The notes: generated by a model not told the origin, from the sequence alone. Counted from the first letter of the stretch, positions 39,465 through 49,758 are shown. The stretch: DNA of 64,000 nucleotides from an uncultured Alphaproteobacteria bacterium (GCA_943787225.1 CALSLP010000001.1:840964-904963); one strand, 5' to 3'. Program-made: numbers and translations.

Positions 39465-40481
39465 TTGGCAATTTACGAAAAAGACACGAGGGCACACGAA
39501 GTGGCGGCAAAAACGAGCATTGCAATAATAGGGGCCGGGGTGTGCGGTCTTGCGTGCGCCAATCTTTTAAGATCTGAAGGCTATTCGCCGAAAATATTTG
39601 AGAAAAGCCGCGGGATCGGTGGACGCATGGCCACCCGAAGGGCAAAAAATGGGGTCGCTTTCGATCATGGTGCTCAATATGTCACTGCGCGTAACCCAGA
39701 TTTTAAAGCTCTTATGGCGGAGGCGATGCAGGATGGATCTGCCGGCTACTGGTATCCATCTCGAATTGACCCAAATACCGTCATGTCACAAGATTGGATG
39801 GTTGGCCTTCCCGGCATGAGCGGCCTTGTAAAGCCGCTCGCTAACGGGATCGATATTCGTCTTCATACCGAAGTTACCGGCGTCGATCGGGTGTCAAATT
39901 CTTGGTGCATTCGTACTCAGATGAATCCCAATGGTGATATTTTTGATAGGTTAGTGGTGACGGCTCCCGCGCCTCAAGCCCGTGCCTTGCTGGCGTCAGA
40001 GCCCAGCATTGGTAGAGTGCTAGACAGGGTCTCAATTGAGCCTTGTTTGGCCTTGATGGTGGCCTTTGACGATCCGCTAAACGTGAAAATTGATGCTCAG
40101 CGCTGGGACTCGGGTGATCTTGCTTGGGTCGCTCGAAATAGTTCAAAGCCTGAGCGCGACGGCTCCGCAGATTGCTGGGTTGTTCACGCAAGCCCGTCGT
40201 GGAGTGAAAAATACCTCGAACTTGACCGCGACGAAATCGCACAAAAGCTTCTGAGCCTCTTCAAAAGCACGCTTGGCATTGACCTCCCATCGATGAGTCA
40301 CATGAGCGGACATAAATGGCGCTATGCGTTAACGACTTCGCCTTTGGGCAAACCTTTCCTGGAATCCGAAGATAAGTCTCTTTTCGTTGGTGGCGATTGG
40401 TGTATGGGTGCTCGCGTGGAATACGCTTTCGAGAGCGGGCAGGCGATTGCGTCAGCAGTAACTGATTCGTTTAGGAATTAG
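39465..40481 (+). CDS. NAD(P)/FAD-dependent oxidoreductase (renalase/amine-oxidase-like)
   Basis: Dinucleotide fold IAIIGAGVCGLACA...EKSRGIGGRM..FDHGAQY. The track start at 39465 is TTG. GTG 39501 with a GAGGG RBS is an alternative. Confidence 0.8.
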   Translation: MAIYEKDTRAHEVAAKTSIAIIGAGVCGLACANLLRSEGYSPKIFEKSRGIGGRMATRRAKNGVAFDHGAQYVTARNPDFKALMAEAMQDGSAGYWYPSRIDPNTVMSQDWMVGLPGMSGLVKPLANGIDIRLHTEVTGVDRVSNSWCIRTQMNPNGDIFDRLVVTAPAPQARALLASEPSIGRVLDRVSIEPCLALMVAFDDPLNVKIDAQRWDSGDLAWVARNSSKPERDGSADCWVVHASPSWSEKYLELDRDEIAQKLLSLFKSTLGIDLPSMSHMSGHKWRYALTTSPLGKPFLESEDKSLFVGGDWCMGARVEYAFESGQAIASAVTDSFRN

Positions 40482-40522
40482 GATTATTCATGACCAACTG
40501 AATTTATGTTGGTCGACGTAGT

Positions 40523-40906
40523 TTGGCCAGTTTGGCTGTCTCTGACCTGTGTTCCAGGCAACAACGCCCAACGAGTATAGCAACTGAGACTAGTATCTCG
40601 GCATTTGACGTGGTTCGATCCAAAGATACAGAGACGATCGCTTGGATAAAGAAGGGCGCCCAGCAAGGTAACGTGCTCGCTCAATTCAATCTGGGCGGAG
40701 CTTATCTAAAAGGCAACGGCGTCAGCCGGGACACTATCGAAGCTTACAAGTGGTTATTTCTTGCTGCTGACAATGGACACAACGATGCCCGAGCCATTTG
40801 TAATGCGCTCGCGAAAAAGATGGATGCTGGGGCTGTGGTAAAGGCACAGGAACTTGCCAACAATTGGCAGGTAGATTTCAGTAAGACTAGCAAGTGGCGG
40901 CGATGA
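40523..40906 (+). CDS. Sel1-repeat protein
   Basis: GNVLAQFNLGGAYLKGNGVSRDTIEAYKWLFLAADNGHNDA forms Sel1/TPR-like repeats. A lipoprotein-like leader MLVDVVWPVWLSLTC starts at ATG 40506 in another frame, suggesting a 5' frameshift. Confidence 0.65.
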   Translation: MASLAVSDLCSRQQRPTSIATETSISAFDVVRSKDTETIAWIKKGAQQGNVLAQFNLGGAYLKGNGVSRDTIEAYKWLFLAADNGHNDARAICNALAKKMDAGAVVKAQELANNWQVDFSKTSKWRR

Positions 40907-41394
40907 TAAAGCTTGAAACAAGTGGGCACCGAAGCCTCATCGCATTTCTCGTCTTCGCTGGTGCGACGGCTTTCGTCTATATCGTTTCCGGCATCGTTAC
41001 GGCGACCTCTGTTAGCTCCTGGTATCAGACGCTCAACAAGCCCTCTTTCAATCCGCCGGACTGGATCTTTGCGCCGGTTTGGTCTGTGCTCTTTGTAATG
41101 ATTGCGATCGCCGGCTGGATGGCATTGCGCAGGGCAAAAATATATCAGCGACGCCTCGTCCTACTGGTTTTCAGTACTCAGCTCTTACTGAACTGCCTGT
41201 GGTCGGTCCTGTTCTTTGGTTTGCAGTGGGTGGGCACTGCGCTCGTTGAAATTATGTTGCTATGGGTTTCTATCCTTTGGGCAATGTATGTTTTCTGGCC
41301 CATCGATCGGCGGGCAACAATACTTTTTGCTCCGTATGCGTGTTGGGTGACGTTTGCGATTGCTCTCAATGCGGCTATCTGGTCACTAAATTGA
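40903..41394 (+). CDS. tspO: tryptophan-rich sensory protein TspO
   Basis: WYQTLNKPSFNPPDWIFAPVWSVLFVMIAIAGW is the TspO/MBR signature, with five TM segments. Its ATG overlaps the Sel1 stop (ATGA). Confidence 0.9.
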   Translation: MIKLETSGHRSLIAFLVFAGATAFVYIVSGIVTATSVSSWYQTLNKPSFNPPDWIFAPVWSVLFVMIAIAGWMALRRAKIYQRRLVLLVFSTQLLLNCLWSVLFFGLQWVGTALVEIMLLWVSILWAMYVFWPIDRRATILFAPYACWVTFAIALNAAIWSLN

Positions 41395-41540
41395 GCGTTG
41401 AATTTCCCACTATTGGTAGATCAAGGCATTCGATAGGCCAAACCACCCGACCACTTGTCCATGAATTTCAGAATTTTGGCGTGAGATATCTGGGTATGGT
41501 GGTTTGGTTAAGTGCTTTAAGAATTTAATACGCTGGCCTC

Positions 41541-42329
41541 CTATCGTCCCGAATAGGTGGGCGTTCTTTTCTCCAGGATGCTTGATACGGCTTCGATATG
41601 GTCTTCGGTCGAATGACAAATCGCCTGAATGGCAGCGCAATTATCAAGAAAGTCATGGAGGTGGGATGACAGGAACTGACGGAACAGCGTCTTGATCATC
41701 CGCGCCGTCACGGTAGGTCGCGCCGCGATTGTCTCAGCGAGTTCCATGACGCGCGTAATGAGTGCGTGGGATTCCACGCATTCCAGTGCCAATCCGATTT
41801 CCGCGGCTTCCTCTCCACCGACAATGCGCCCGGTAAAGGTCAGTTCCGCTGCCCGTTACAGGCCCACCCGGCGCGGCAGTATCCAGGCGCCGCCGTCACC
41901 CGGGATGATTCCGACATTGATGAAGGTTTCTCCAAACCGGGCCTCGCTGGAACAGATGGTGAGATCGCAATAAAGGGTGAGATCGCAGCCGGCGCCGATA
42001 GCCGGTACCTGGACGGCCGAAATCGACGGGATGTCAAGGCCGTACAGCGCTTTTGGAATCCTTTGAATACCCTCTATATAGCCCCGCCTGATGCCGGCGG
42101 TGCCGCCGCCGAAGGTTCCTCTCTTGTCACGCTTATCCTTGACGTTTCCGCCAGCCCAGAAGGATGTGCCTTCCGCCGATAAAACGAAAACGTGGGCTTC
42201 CGGATCGACATTAACCCTGGCCAGCACGTCCAGGATTTCATCCGTGAAGTCCTTTTCGGAATAGGCATTGCGAATGTCATGTCGCGCCAGGACCAAATGC
42301 GCGATGCCATTTTCCAGGCTGTATTTCAC
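41541..42329 (-). pseudogene. enoyl-CoA hydratase/isomerase family protein with an in-frame TAA at 41856-41858
   Basis: Track ORFs 41856-42329 and 41541-41792 are in the same frame. Reading through gives LPRRVGL-TAA-RAAELTFTGRIVGGEEAAEIGLALECV. The family normally has Ser (TCA) at the stop position. Confidence 0.75.
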
Positions 42330-42458
42330 GTTCTTGTATGAAAGCTCCTTGATTGTCCTACTCCTCCTCGGGTCTTTTTGTGAGATTGCAGTTTATCCAT
42401 AAGAAAGGCATTCGGGCCAAACCGGCCGCGACACCCGCAACTGGTTTCATCGGCTTAC

Positions 42459-43250
42459 TTAAGCGTCGCCCATCGGCGGTTGGCAAGTTTCGCACACGAA
42501 TGTCCGTCGCCCATTGATTTCGAAGCGTCGTATTGCTCCCTTGCAGGCCGGACATTGGTCTTTGGCGAAAATGTTGACCTGTTCGCGATAGCGGCTTTCT
42601 GGCGGACGCGCGTCATCAACCGTAATGATTGCGTTGCGCTTTACGCCGATCGCAAGCAACGCTTTCGCATCGCCCCATATCCGATCAAATGTTGCGCGGT
42701 CGATGGCGCGGCCGGGCGTTTCAGGGTGGACTGCCTGACGCCACAAGATTTCCGAGCGATAGATATTGCCGATCCCCGCCATCACCGACTGGTCCATGAT
42801 CAGCCGTCCGATGGGCGCGTTGCTCTTGGCGATTTTTTCGAAAGCCTGGGCCGGATTGGCGTCAGATCTCAAAACATCCGGTCCGATGCGGTGGAGCAGG
42901 GACAAGGTTTCCGGCTCATCGAGGACCCGGCAAATGGTCGGCCCATTGACATCGACGACATGCGCGTCGCTGACAAGGCGGACACGTACGGCGCCCCGCG
43001 GTTCCAACAGTGGCAACTTGTGCTTCCGAATTCGGCCAAAGAGACCGAGGTGGACGTGGAGCACGTCGCCGCTATTAAAACAATAAAGAAGGTGCTTTCC
43101 GTATGCCTCGACCACACGGCAACGCTGCCCCGTAATGCGGGCCGCGCCTTCGGAGAACCGACCTTGCGGTGACGACACACTGAGGATTTGGCCTGCCAGC
43201 ATCCGGTGATGGTCGCGTGCAGCACGATGGATTGTGTGGCCTTCTGGCAC
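42459..43250 (-). CDS. Fpg/Nei family DNA glycosylase (endonuclease VIII-like)
   Basis: N-terminal MPEGHTI, an H2TH region, and the C-terminal zinc finger CPACKGAIRRFEINGRRTFVCETCQ. Confidence 0.85.
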   Translation of the reverse strand: MPEGHTIHRAARDHHRMLAGQILSVSSPQGRFSEGAARITGQRCRVVEAYGKHLLYCFNSGDVLHVHLGLFGRIRKHKLPLLEPRGAVRVRLVSDAHVVDVNGPTICRVLDEPETLSLLHRIGPDVLRSDANPAQAFEKIAKSNAPIGRLIMDQSVMAGIGNIYRSEILWRQAVHPETPGRAIDRATFDRIWGDAKALLAIGVKRNAIITVDDARPPESRYREQVNIFAKDQCPACKGAIRRFEINGRRTFVCETCQPPMGDA

Positions 43251-43294
43251 CGAGCCTCTCTAATTTCCCAGGACTACCTCGCCCCTCACTTTGA

Positions 43295-43816
43295 TCAGGG
43301 GTTATCGGCTTTCTTTAATTTGTCCAACCAGTTTCTAATCCGCTCACGATTAACCCCCAGATCCCAATAACCGTAGTTTGACCGACTATAGATGATGAAC
43401 GAAGCTCTTGAGTCGACGCTTGCACCCTGGATCCAAATCGTATCCGGAAAACCGAATAATCGGGAACGCTGGATAAACACCAACTGGTTAAAAGTCGGAT
43501 TGGATCCTACGAGCGTTGTGCGAGGCTCGGCTGTTATCAGCTTCCTCGCCTGATTAATTAGCTCGGTCTTGGTTGTCTGGAAAATTGGGCTTTCAAAGTC
43601 GGCTTCCGCTCGACAAAGTCTTGGCGGACAGGCAAGAGCATCGTTCGGCGAATGCGACCGTTCAACGTTACGGAGATCGATTGTCTCGCTCTTCTTGACG
43701 TCCAGCGAACAACCAGGCAACAGAGCCAATAGCATCAAAGTAATTACCTTCCTTCCGATGGAATTGCATCTAAGGATAGGGCACTTCCGTTCTACGCTTC
43801 TCAACAGCCGAATCAT
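43295..43816 (-). CDS. DUF1499 family lipoprotein
   Basis: Lipobox LMLLALLPGCS followed by LFGFPDTIWIQ...IYSRSNYGYWDLGVNRERIRNWL. Start set at the internal Met. Confidence 0.6.
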   Translation of the reverse strand: MIRLLRSVERKCPILRCNSIGRKVITLMLLALLPGCSLDVKKSETIDLRNVERSHSPNDALACPPRLCRAEADFESPIFQTTKTELINQARKLITAEPRTTLVGSNPTFNQLVFIQRSRLFGFPDTIWIQGASVDSRASFIIYSRSNYGYWDLGVNRERIRNWLDKLKKADNP

Positions 43817-44069
43817 GATTTTCCCTATTGCATACTGATATAGCGCGCTTTTTTGTTGATCCAATAACTGGCTCAAATCGTATTAATGATGTGTTCAGTA
43901 GTGATTATGCAGTAGTTTTCTTAACGGCGCTACTGATTGTCACTTAGTAGCGAACAGTGACCTGAGGGCCACCCAGATTTCCTCCCTGATCTCCGGTGGC
44001 CCTCTACTTCCCGCCAGCCAATAAATGGCTGCTCGTTCGTAAAAGGTCCACATTTGAGAGGAGAGCTTT

Positions 44070-44240
44070 GTGGCCACCAACGCAAAAAAACCCTCGCCTG
44101 ATCACCCGTACCGCGTTTTGAAGCGCAAGGGCCTACGATGTCGCGCAAACTTTATTAGCTCTTGGGAGGGAGAGCGCATATGCAAGAGATGCAAGAACTC
44201 TCATGATTGGCGCAGCGGCACTACACCGTTTGATGACTAA
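44070..44240 (+). CDS. possible 56-aa basic Cys/His-containing protein (below the ORF-track size cut-off)
   Basis: GTG preceded by GAGAGGAGAG at 6-nt spacing. Reads (M)ATNAKKPSPDHPYRVLKRKGLRCRANFISSWEGERICKRCKNSHDWRSGTTPFDD. It fills an otherwise empty 440-bp gap. Confidence 0.35.
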   Translation: MATNAKKPSPDHPYRVLKRKGLRCRANFISSWEGERICKRCKNSHDWRSGTTPFDD

Positions 44241-44312
44241 CCAAAGCCAACGAGAGCAAGTACCTAAGGTGCAACGGAACAATCGGAGCCTCGATTTGGG
44301 TGTCAAAAGTCC

Positions 44313-44927
44313 ATGACAATGAAAACGCGTTGGTGGTGGATCCGGCACGCGCCGGTTGTTAACCCGGAGGGCAAACTCTACGGCCAGCTAGATCTGGACG
44401 TCGATTTCTCTGACGGCAAAAAGCTCGAAGCTTTGGCTAAAATTCTTCCTGATAACGCGGTCTGGGTAACAACATCGTTGCGCCGGGCGAGAGAAACAGC
44501 AAATAGATTGTCTGCAATTACGACGACGGCGCGGTCGATAGATGAGCATGACAATTTGCGCGAACAATCTTTCGGTGACTGGGAGGGTTCCCGTTGGCAG
44601 GATATACCTGCTGCTGTTAGCGACGCATTTTGGAAGGATCCAGCAAAAAATCGTGTTCCAAATGGCGAGAGCTTTGCTGATGTTGTGACGCGCGTAACCG
44701 AGACGGTTGAACAACTTAATACCCACCATACCGGCAGAGATATTGTTGCGGTAACGCATACGGGATCTATTCGCGCTGCAATCACCCACGCCTTAGGAGG
44801 AGATGCACGGGCTGGTTTGTCGTTTCAGCTAGCACCTCTCTCGCTTACACGTATCGACGCGATCCATCAGGATGACAACGTTTGGTGGCGGGTTTCAGGG
44901 GTTAATCTCTTCGGGGATCATGAATGA
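44313..44927 (+). CDS. histidine phosphatase family protein (PGAM/CobC-like)
   Basis: WWWIRHAPV (RHG-type motif), ...SLRRARETA... and VAVTHTGSIRA. Confidence 0.8.
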   Translation: MTMKTRWWWIRHAPVVNPEGKLYGQLDLDVDFSDGKKLEALAKILPDNAVWVTTSLRRARETANRLSAITTTARSIDEHDNLREQSFGDWEGSRWQDIPAAVSDAFWKDPAKNRVPNGESFADVVTRVTETVEQLNTHHTGRDIVAVTHTGSIRAAITHALGGDARAGLSFQLAPLSLTRIDAIHQDDNVWWRVSGVNLFGDHE

Positions 44928-45093
44928 CCTTTTACCCTGGGGACTAAGTAATTCTTGCGGAGGTTAGAGACGGTGTTATCCGTGTACTCTCCTCTCACAG
45001 GAAAAATACAGAACATTAGTTTGAGCCATGGTGTATAAAATTAGTCTTTGCTAAGGTGACTTTAACGGGGTTCACGATGATCGGAGAAAGAAC

Positions 45094-45492
45094 GTGGTTT
45101 TTGTAAAAGCCTATGCCATTACTTTGATAGTGTTCCTCGGTCTCGATTTCCTTTGGTTAGGCTTTGTTGCACGAGGATTTTACGCGTCCCAGTTGGGCGA
45201 TCTTATGCGTGAAAACATAAACTACTTGGCGGCTGGCATTTTCTATCTCGCCTACGTCGCGGGCATTGTGTTTTTTGCGATTGCTCCGGCTTTGGCGGAG
45301 GGAAGTTGGCGCAAGGCTGTCATCCATGGCGCTATTCTCGGGCTTCTCGCCTATGGCACCTATGACATGACAAATATGGCCACGCTAAACAATTGGCCTA
45401 TTACCATGAGCTTCGTTGACATAATTTGGGGTGGCGTACTCACTGGTCTTTCGGGACTTCTTGGATTCTTGATCGTACGAGCTTTACCTTAA
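45094..45492 (+). CDS. DUF2177 family membrane protein
   Basis: 132-aa ORF with 4 TM segments. LDFLWLGFVARGFYASQLGDL and YGTYDMTNMATLNNWP match my recollection of DUF2177. Confidence 0.65.
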   Translation: MVFVKAYAITLIVFLGLDFLWLGFVARGFYASQLGDLMRENINYLAAGIFYLAYVAGIVFFAIAPALAEGSWRKAVIHGAILGLLAYGTYDMTNMATLNNWPITMSFVDIIWGGVLTGLSGLLGFLIVRALP

Positions 45493-45634
45493 ACACTGGT
45501 CCACTAAAAAAGGAGGCTATTGTTCCCCCGACGAATAATCCAGAATTGAGAGTTTCTTCTATTTTTCGGCCGGTCTTCCAGCGTGCCCCCTATCAACTAA
45601 CAACCAGGTAACGTTTAACCACGGCCTGCGAGCC

Positions 45635-45880
45635 TTACAACGCGCGGGAATGGTTCTGCACTTGCTTGTGTGCTTCGCTGTCCCGCAAGGCATCGATATC
45701 TGCCTGGGTTTCCCACTCCGCATAAGAAATATATTCGCCTGGCGCATCCTCGCATTTCAGGAGTTGCTCCGAACGGCACCCTTTTTGCTTAATCATCAAA
45801 GGCGCACAATCTTCCTTCCAAATCCCCTCCGCTTCGCTTGCCTGGCCCGGATCGACTGCCACGTGTATCACACCTAACAA
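45635..45880 (-). CDS. antibiotic-biosynthesis-monooxygenase (ABM) domain protein
   Basis: VIHVAVDPGQ...GCRSEQLLKCEDAPGEYISYAEWETQADIDA fits the ABM ferredoxin-like fold. An ATG just upstream (ATGACGG) is out of frame by one base, so the 5' end is uncertain. Confidence 0.6.
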   Translation of the reverse strand: MLGVIHVAVDPGQASEAEGIWKEDCAPLMIKQKGCRSEQLLKCEDAPGEYISYAEWETQADIDALRDSEAHKQVQNHSRAL

Positions 45881-46039
45881 CCGTCATTTTCTAGGCTCCA
45901 TTATTCTGATTCTCGTTCGTTAAATACTACACATTCGCCGGCCTCTCCTCCCAATTTATCGAGACTTAAATGTCGATGGGTCTAATCGATTCCTAAGCAC
46001 GCTCGTCGTCCATTTGAACTGAGGGACGAGATGTTACCC

Positions 46040-46438
46040 TTAGATTGTCGTGCCTTCTCGCTGGATCGCCAGCCATACCTTTGTATTTTTGCCAACTTTG
46101 GCAGGCACAACGCGCCAATACATGATAAAGGGTGTCCCGTCTTTTTTGTAGTTTATTGCCTTGCCTTCGAAACGGCCGCCCGTCTTCAGTGCCGTGCTTA
46201 GACGGGCTATCACTGCATTATCGGTCGCTGGGCCTTGCAAAATACGCGGCGTCTTCCCGAGGACCTCATCCGGTGAGAAGCCCGTCAGCTTCTTAAACGC
46301 CTTATTCGCATAGATGATCTTTGAATCTTTGGTCGCATCCGTAATCAGGATCGAGTCAAAACTGTTTTCGGCGAGCGCTTTTAGGACACTGAGGCTCACA
46401 TCTGCCCCTTCTAGTACTTTTTCGACGGATTTTGCCAT
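46040..46438 (-). CDS. short LOV-like PAS protein lacking the adduct-forming cysteine
   Basis: SILITDATKDSKIIYANKAFKKLTGFSPDEVLGKTPRILQGPATD...INYKKDGTPF...WLAIQRE aligns residue-for-residue with the LOV core. However, GxNCRFLQG is replaced by GKTPRILQG, with Pro at the Cys position. Confidence 0.7.
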   Translation of the reverse strand: MAKSVEKVLEGADVSLSVLKALAENSFDSILITDATKDSKIIYANKAFKKLTGFSPDEVLGKTPRILQGPATDNAVIARLSTALKTGGRFEGKAINYKKDGTPFIMYWRVVPAKVGKNTKVWLAIQREGTTI

Positions 46439-46557
46439 TGGCGTAAAGCTCCCATAATAGGCTGTTGCACAATCGGGTGTTGGCACTGTTACCAAGCAAA
46501 GGTAAGCGACAAAGCAAGCACCAAGACAGATGTAAGATTGCCGCTCTATAACTTTAG

Positions 46558-46583
46558 TACGCGTCTTCCAAGGATTTAGATCA
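46558..46583 (-). promoter_or_regulatory. ECF sigma-E-type promoter candidate (TGATCT-N16-CGTA) upstream of the LOV-like gene
   Basis: Minus strand reads TGATCT aaatccttggaagacg CGTA. Confidence 0.55.
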
Positions 46584-46690
46584 CAGTGCTGAAATATTTA
46601 TCTAAATGCCGTTGCACCGTGGAAACACTAGTTTGAGCGAGATGTATAGACAATGCTAGAAAAGAGTGTATTCGAACCCCAAGGTATCGT

Positions 46691-48133
46691 TTAGCTCTGC
46701 TTTCGCGCCTTTAGCTCGGCGTACGCATCCAAGGCACGCTGCCTTGCCCATTTGTGATCGACTAGCGGTTCCGGGTACCCCTCAATTCGAACCCCGCTTT
46801 CCCATGGCGCGTGCACGTGCTTGTCGGGCAGTTCAGCGATTTCGGGTACCCATTTTCGGACATAGGTTCCTTCTGGATCGAATTTTTGACCCTGCAATAT
46901 GGGGTTGAAAATTCGAAAATAGGGCGATGCATCCGCTCCAGAGCCGGAAACCCACTGCCAACTTGCCGAGTTGTTCGCGAGATCGGCATCGACGAGAGTG
47001 TCCCAGAACCAACGAGCTCCCTCCTGCCAGGGAATAAGCAAGTGTTTGGTCAAAAATGAGGCCACGATCATTCGAACGCGATTGTGCATCCAACCGGTTT
47101 GCCATAGCTGGCGCATACCGGCATCGACGATTGGGTAGCCGGTTTTACCTGATTGCCACGCTTCAACTGCCTGCTGATCCTCCCGCCACGGGAAATCCGC
47201 AAATTTGTTATTGAACGATGACTCGGTTATGTGCGGCCAATGCCATAACAAGTGATAGGAAAACTCACGCCAAACCAATTCACGAAGATAAGACGTGCGG
47301 CCTTTACGAGTGTTTTCATAGGTGTCTGTGGACTGATGGATAAAGTGCCAGATCTCTCGTGGACTGATCTCGCCGTAATGGAGGTGCGGTGACAGTGCCG
47401 ATGTACCCTTTCTGTCGGGCCGATCGCGATCTTTGTCATAAGTGGCAAGGCGATCCTCAACAAAATCGTTAAGTTTTGAAAATGCGCCGGTCGCACCTGG
47501 TTGCCAATGCTCTTGAAATCCTGAAGCCCAATTGGGTGCGGTAGGCCGTAACGCCCAGTTGTTGAGCTGCTCGCTCTTCGGCCACGTCTTGGGCGGGGTT
47601 AGTTTGCCCGGTGCAGGGAGAGGATCCCTCACAGGCTCCATTGCGAGACACGCCTTGTAGAAGGGCGTGAATACGCGGAACGGGTCGCCTGATTTGGTTT
47701 TTACGGCTTCGGGTTCGAATAATAACGCACCGCCAAATCGTCGACATTCTATGCCTTTATCCATCAGATATTCGGAAATGATTTTTTCTTCGGCAGCGTT
47801 TTCCGACTCGTAGCGGCGGGTGAAATAAATTTCCTTGGCGCCAATTTCATCAACCACGCTGGCAAGCACGTCTTGCGCTTGTCCCGCGGCGCAGGATCAA
47901 CCGGCTCTGCATGGTTTGAAGAGCGTTATCCAGTTCAGCCAGGCTGCCTTCGAGCCACCAACGGCTTGCCCCGCCCGGTGTCCAATCGGCCCGGTGTTTG
48001 TTCGCCGTATATGAAGAGGGGAACGACCGGCGCGCCGCTTTGCGACGCCGCATGCAGTGCCGCATGGTCGCTCGATCCGCAAGTCTTGACGAAACCAGAG
48101 AATAATGGGATCGGCCTGTGAAATACTAGGCAT
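46691..48133 (-). pseudogene. phr: deoxyribodipyrimidine (CPD) photolyase with about 3 frameshifts in the first 280 nt
   Basis: The main ORF 46691-47869 carries the FAD-binding domain (WREFSYHLL, WMHNRVRMIVASFL, NNSASWQWVSGSGADASPYFRIFNP). The N-terminal alpha/beta domain is spread over three frames: ILWFRQDLRI, then SDHAALHAASQSGAPVVPLFIYGE, then GGASRWWLEGSLAELDNAL..SRLILRRG. Confidence 0.8.
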
Positions 48134-48274
48134 TCTTCAAAAAAACACAGGTCAGTGGTTCCATATTAAGTCGTATTCGCTACAATTCTGCCGATAACGT
48201 CCGACAATAATGCCTTTCTAAAAAATGCTTTATTCATGGTTGACCCGTATCTGAATCGTTGCCCTGTTGATAGA

Positions 48275-48766
48275 TCATGATCCCTCTTTCGGCTCAACAT
48301 GAGCCTCGACCAACCATAAACTTTTGTCGGTAGCTCGCGAAATCTAAGTGAACATGTCAGCGGTGTCATCGTCGCCGAGTTCGGCCGCCTCCTTAGAAGC
48401 GTCGCGCACCGTTTTAGCGAATACAGACAAGGCGTCAGAGACTGCATCGACGTGACTGGATTGAGTATGGATATCCATAGGATACTCTGCCAAGCTTGAT
48501 GTTTGCTCTGCCACCCGCACGGTGCCATTGGCTTGACCGCCAAGGGCGATGATCCTCTCGGCCATCATATCGCTTTCAGCTAACACCTCTGCTGCAATCT
48601 GGTCGAACAGCTCATGCAGGCCGATAAAGCTCGGCCCCCGCACATTCCAGTGGGCCTGCTTGATCTGGGTTTACAAATCAATGGAATCCACAAGTCTCGG
48701 CTGAATTATTGACACCATGTCTGACCGGATATTTTCCGACATGTCGTTGCGTGTTCTGATCATCAT
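48275..48766 (-). pseudogene. dps: Dps family ferritin-like DNA-protection protein with two in-frame stops
   Basis: A single frame reads MMIRTRNDMSENIRSDMVSIIQPRLVDSIDL-TAA(48671-48673)-TQIKQAHWNVRGPSFIGLHELF...DDDTADMFT-TAG(48344-48346)-ISRATDKSLWLVEAHVEPKEGS. The stops replace the Tyr and Glu expected in Dps. Confidence 0.75.
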
Positions 48767-48937
48767 CTTGTCCGTCCTTTGTTGTCTAGTAACTCATGGG
48801 AACTTGCCGCCCCTTGGTATTCCAAATCTTTGGTATACCGCTGACGATTGTGGTTACGCTTCTTTTCTTTGGTCACTCAGACAGCCGAACCCTCTTCACC
48901 TTGGGGGTGTGGTGCGAGACTGGGCAGTGACATATAT

Positions 48938-48963
48938 TACGGACGACAGGGCGCTTTGGTTCA
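48938..48963 (-). promoter_or_regulatory. weaker sigma-E-type promoter candidate (TGAACC-N16-CGTA) upstream of dps-phr
   Basis: Minus strand reads TGAACC aaagcgccctgtcgtc CGTA. It has one mismatch in the -35 core relative to the other sites. Confidence 0.3.
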
Positions 48964-49044
48964 GAATCGATCGTTATAGATGTCGTCAGAAAGTCCAAAG
49001 GATGGCGATCAGATCATGGCCTGTGCCGCTTTTAGTTAGCGTGC

Positions 49045-49680
49045 TCAAGTATTGATCAAGTCCATCAGTCGTCGCTCGATCGCGGGATCGGCGTCGAACG
49101 CCCCGGTAAAGGTTCTCGTCACCATGGCAACGCCAGGTTTATTGACGCCACGGGTTGTCATGCATTGATGCTGTGCCTTTATGATTACGGCGACACCTCT
49201 TGGGAGGAGCGCCTGATCGATGCAATTGGCAATTTGCGCCGTCATAGTTTCCTGGGTTTGAAGGCGACGCGCATAGGCATCCACCACACGAGCCAGTTTA
49301 CTTATTCCGACCACCCTATCGGCAGGCAGATAGGCGACATGCGCGGTGCCGGTGATTGGAACAACATGATGTTCGCAATGCGATTGGAAAGTAATATCGC
49401 GCAGCAACACGATGTCGTTATATCCATGAACTTCTTCGAAGGTGCGCGACAGCATGGCCGCGGGATCGGTTTCATAGCCGCTGAAAAATTCTGAATAGGC
49501 CTCGGCAACCCGTGACGGCGTATCCACCAGCCCCTCGCGGTTGGGGTCATCCCCGGCCCAGATGAGAAGTGTCCGCACGGCCGCTTCGGCGTCCTCTCGC
49601 GAGACCCCGTGCAATACTGTAGCTGTTTCGGTCAGAACTTCTCCTGTATCCGATGATGTCGGTTGATCCAATGGTGCCAT
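49045..49680 (-). CDS. folE: GTP cyclohydrolase I
   Basis: 211-aa ORF reading [47 protein letters not shown]. Confidence 0.9.
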   Translation of the reverse strand: MAPLDQPTSSDTGEVLTETATVLHGVSREDAEAAVRTLLIWAGDDPNREGLVDTPSRVAEAYSEFFSGYETDPAAMLSRTFEEVHGYNDIVLLRDITFQSHCEHHVVPITGTAHVAYLPADRVVGISKLARVVDAYARRLQTQETMTAQIANCIDQALLPRGVAVIIKAQHQCMTTRGVNKPGVAMVTRTFTGAFDADPAIERRLMDLINT

Positions 49681-49758
49681 GATCTTTCCCCCTGCTATGT
49701 GCGATTACGATTTTGAGTCTGTGTCTGCGTACAGCTCGACGTTGATGAATGTTCGGAT

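Noticed and set aside
48717-49055. A 112-aa plus-strand ORF.
   Set aside because: Its 5' part is antisense to the Dps N-terminus. The remainder covers the dps leader and promoter-candidate region. It has no family resemblance.
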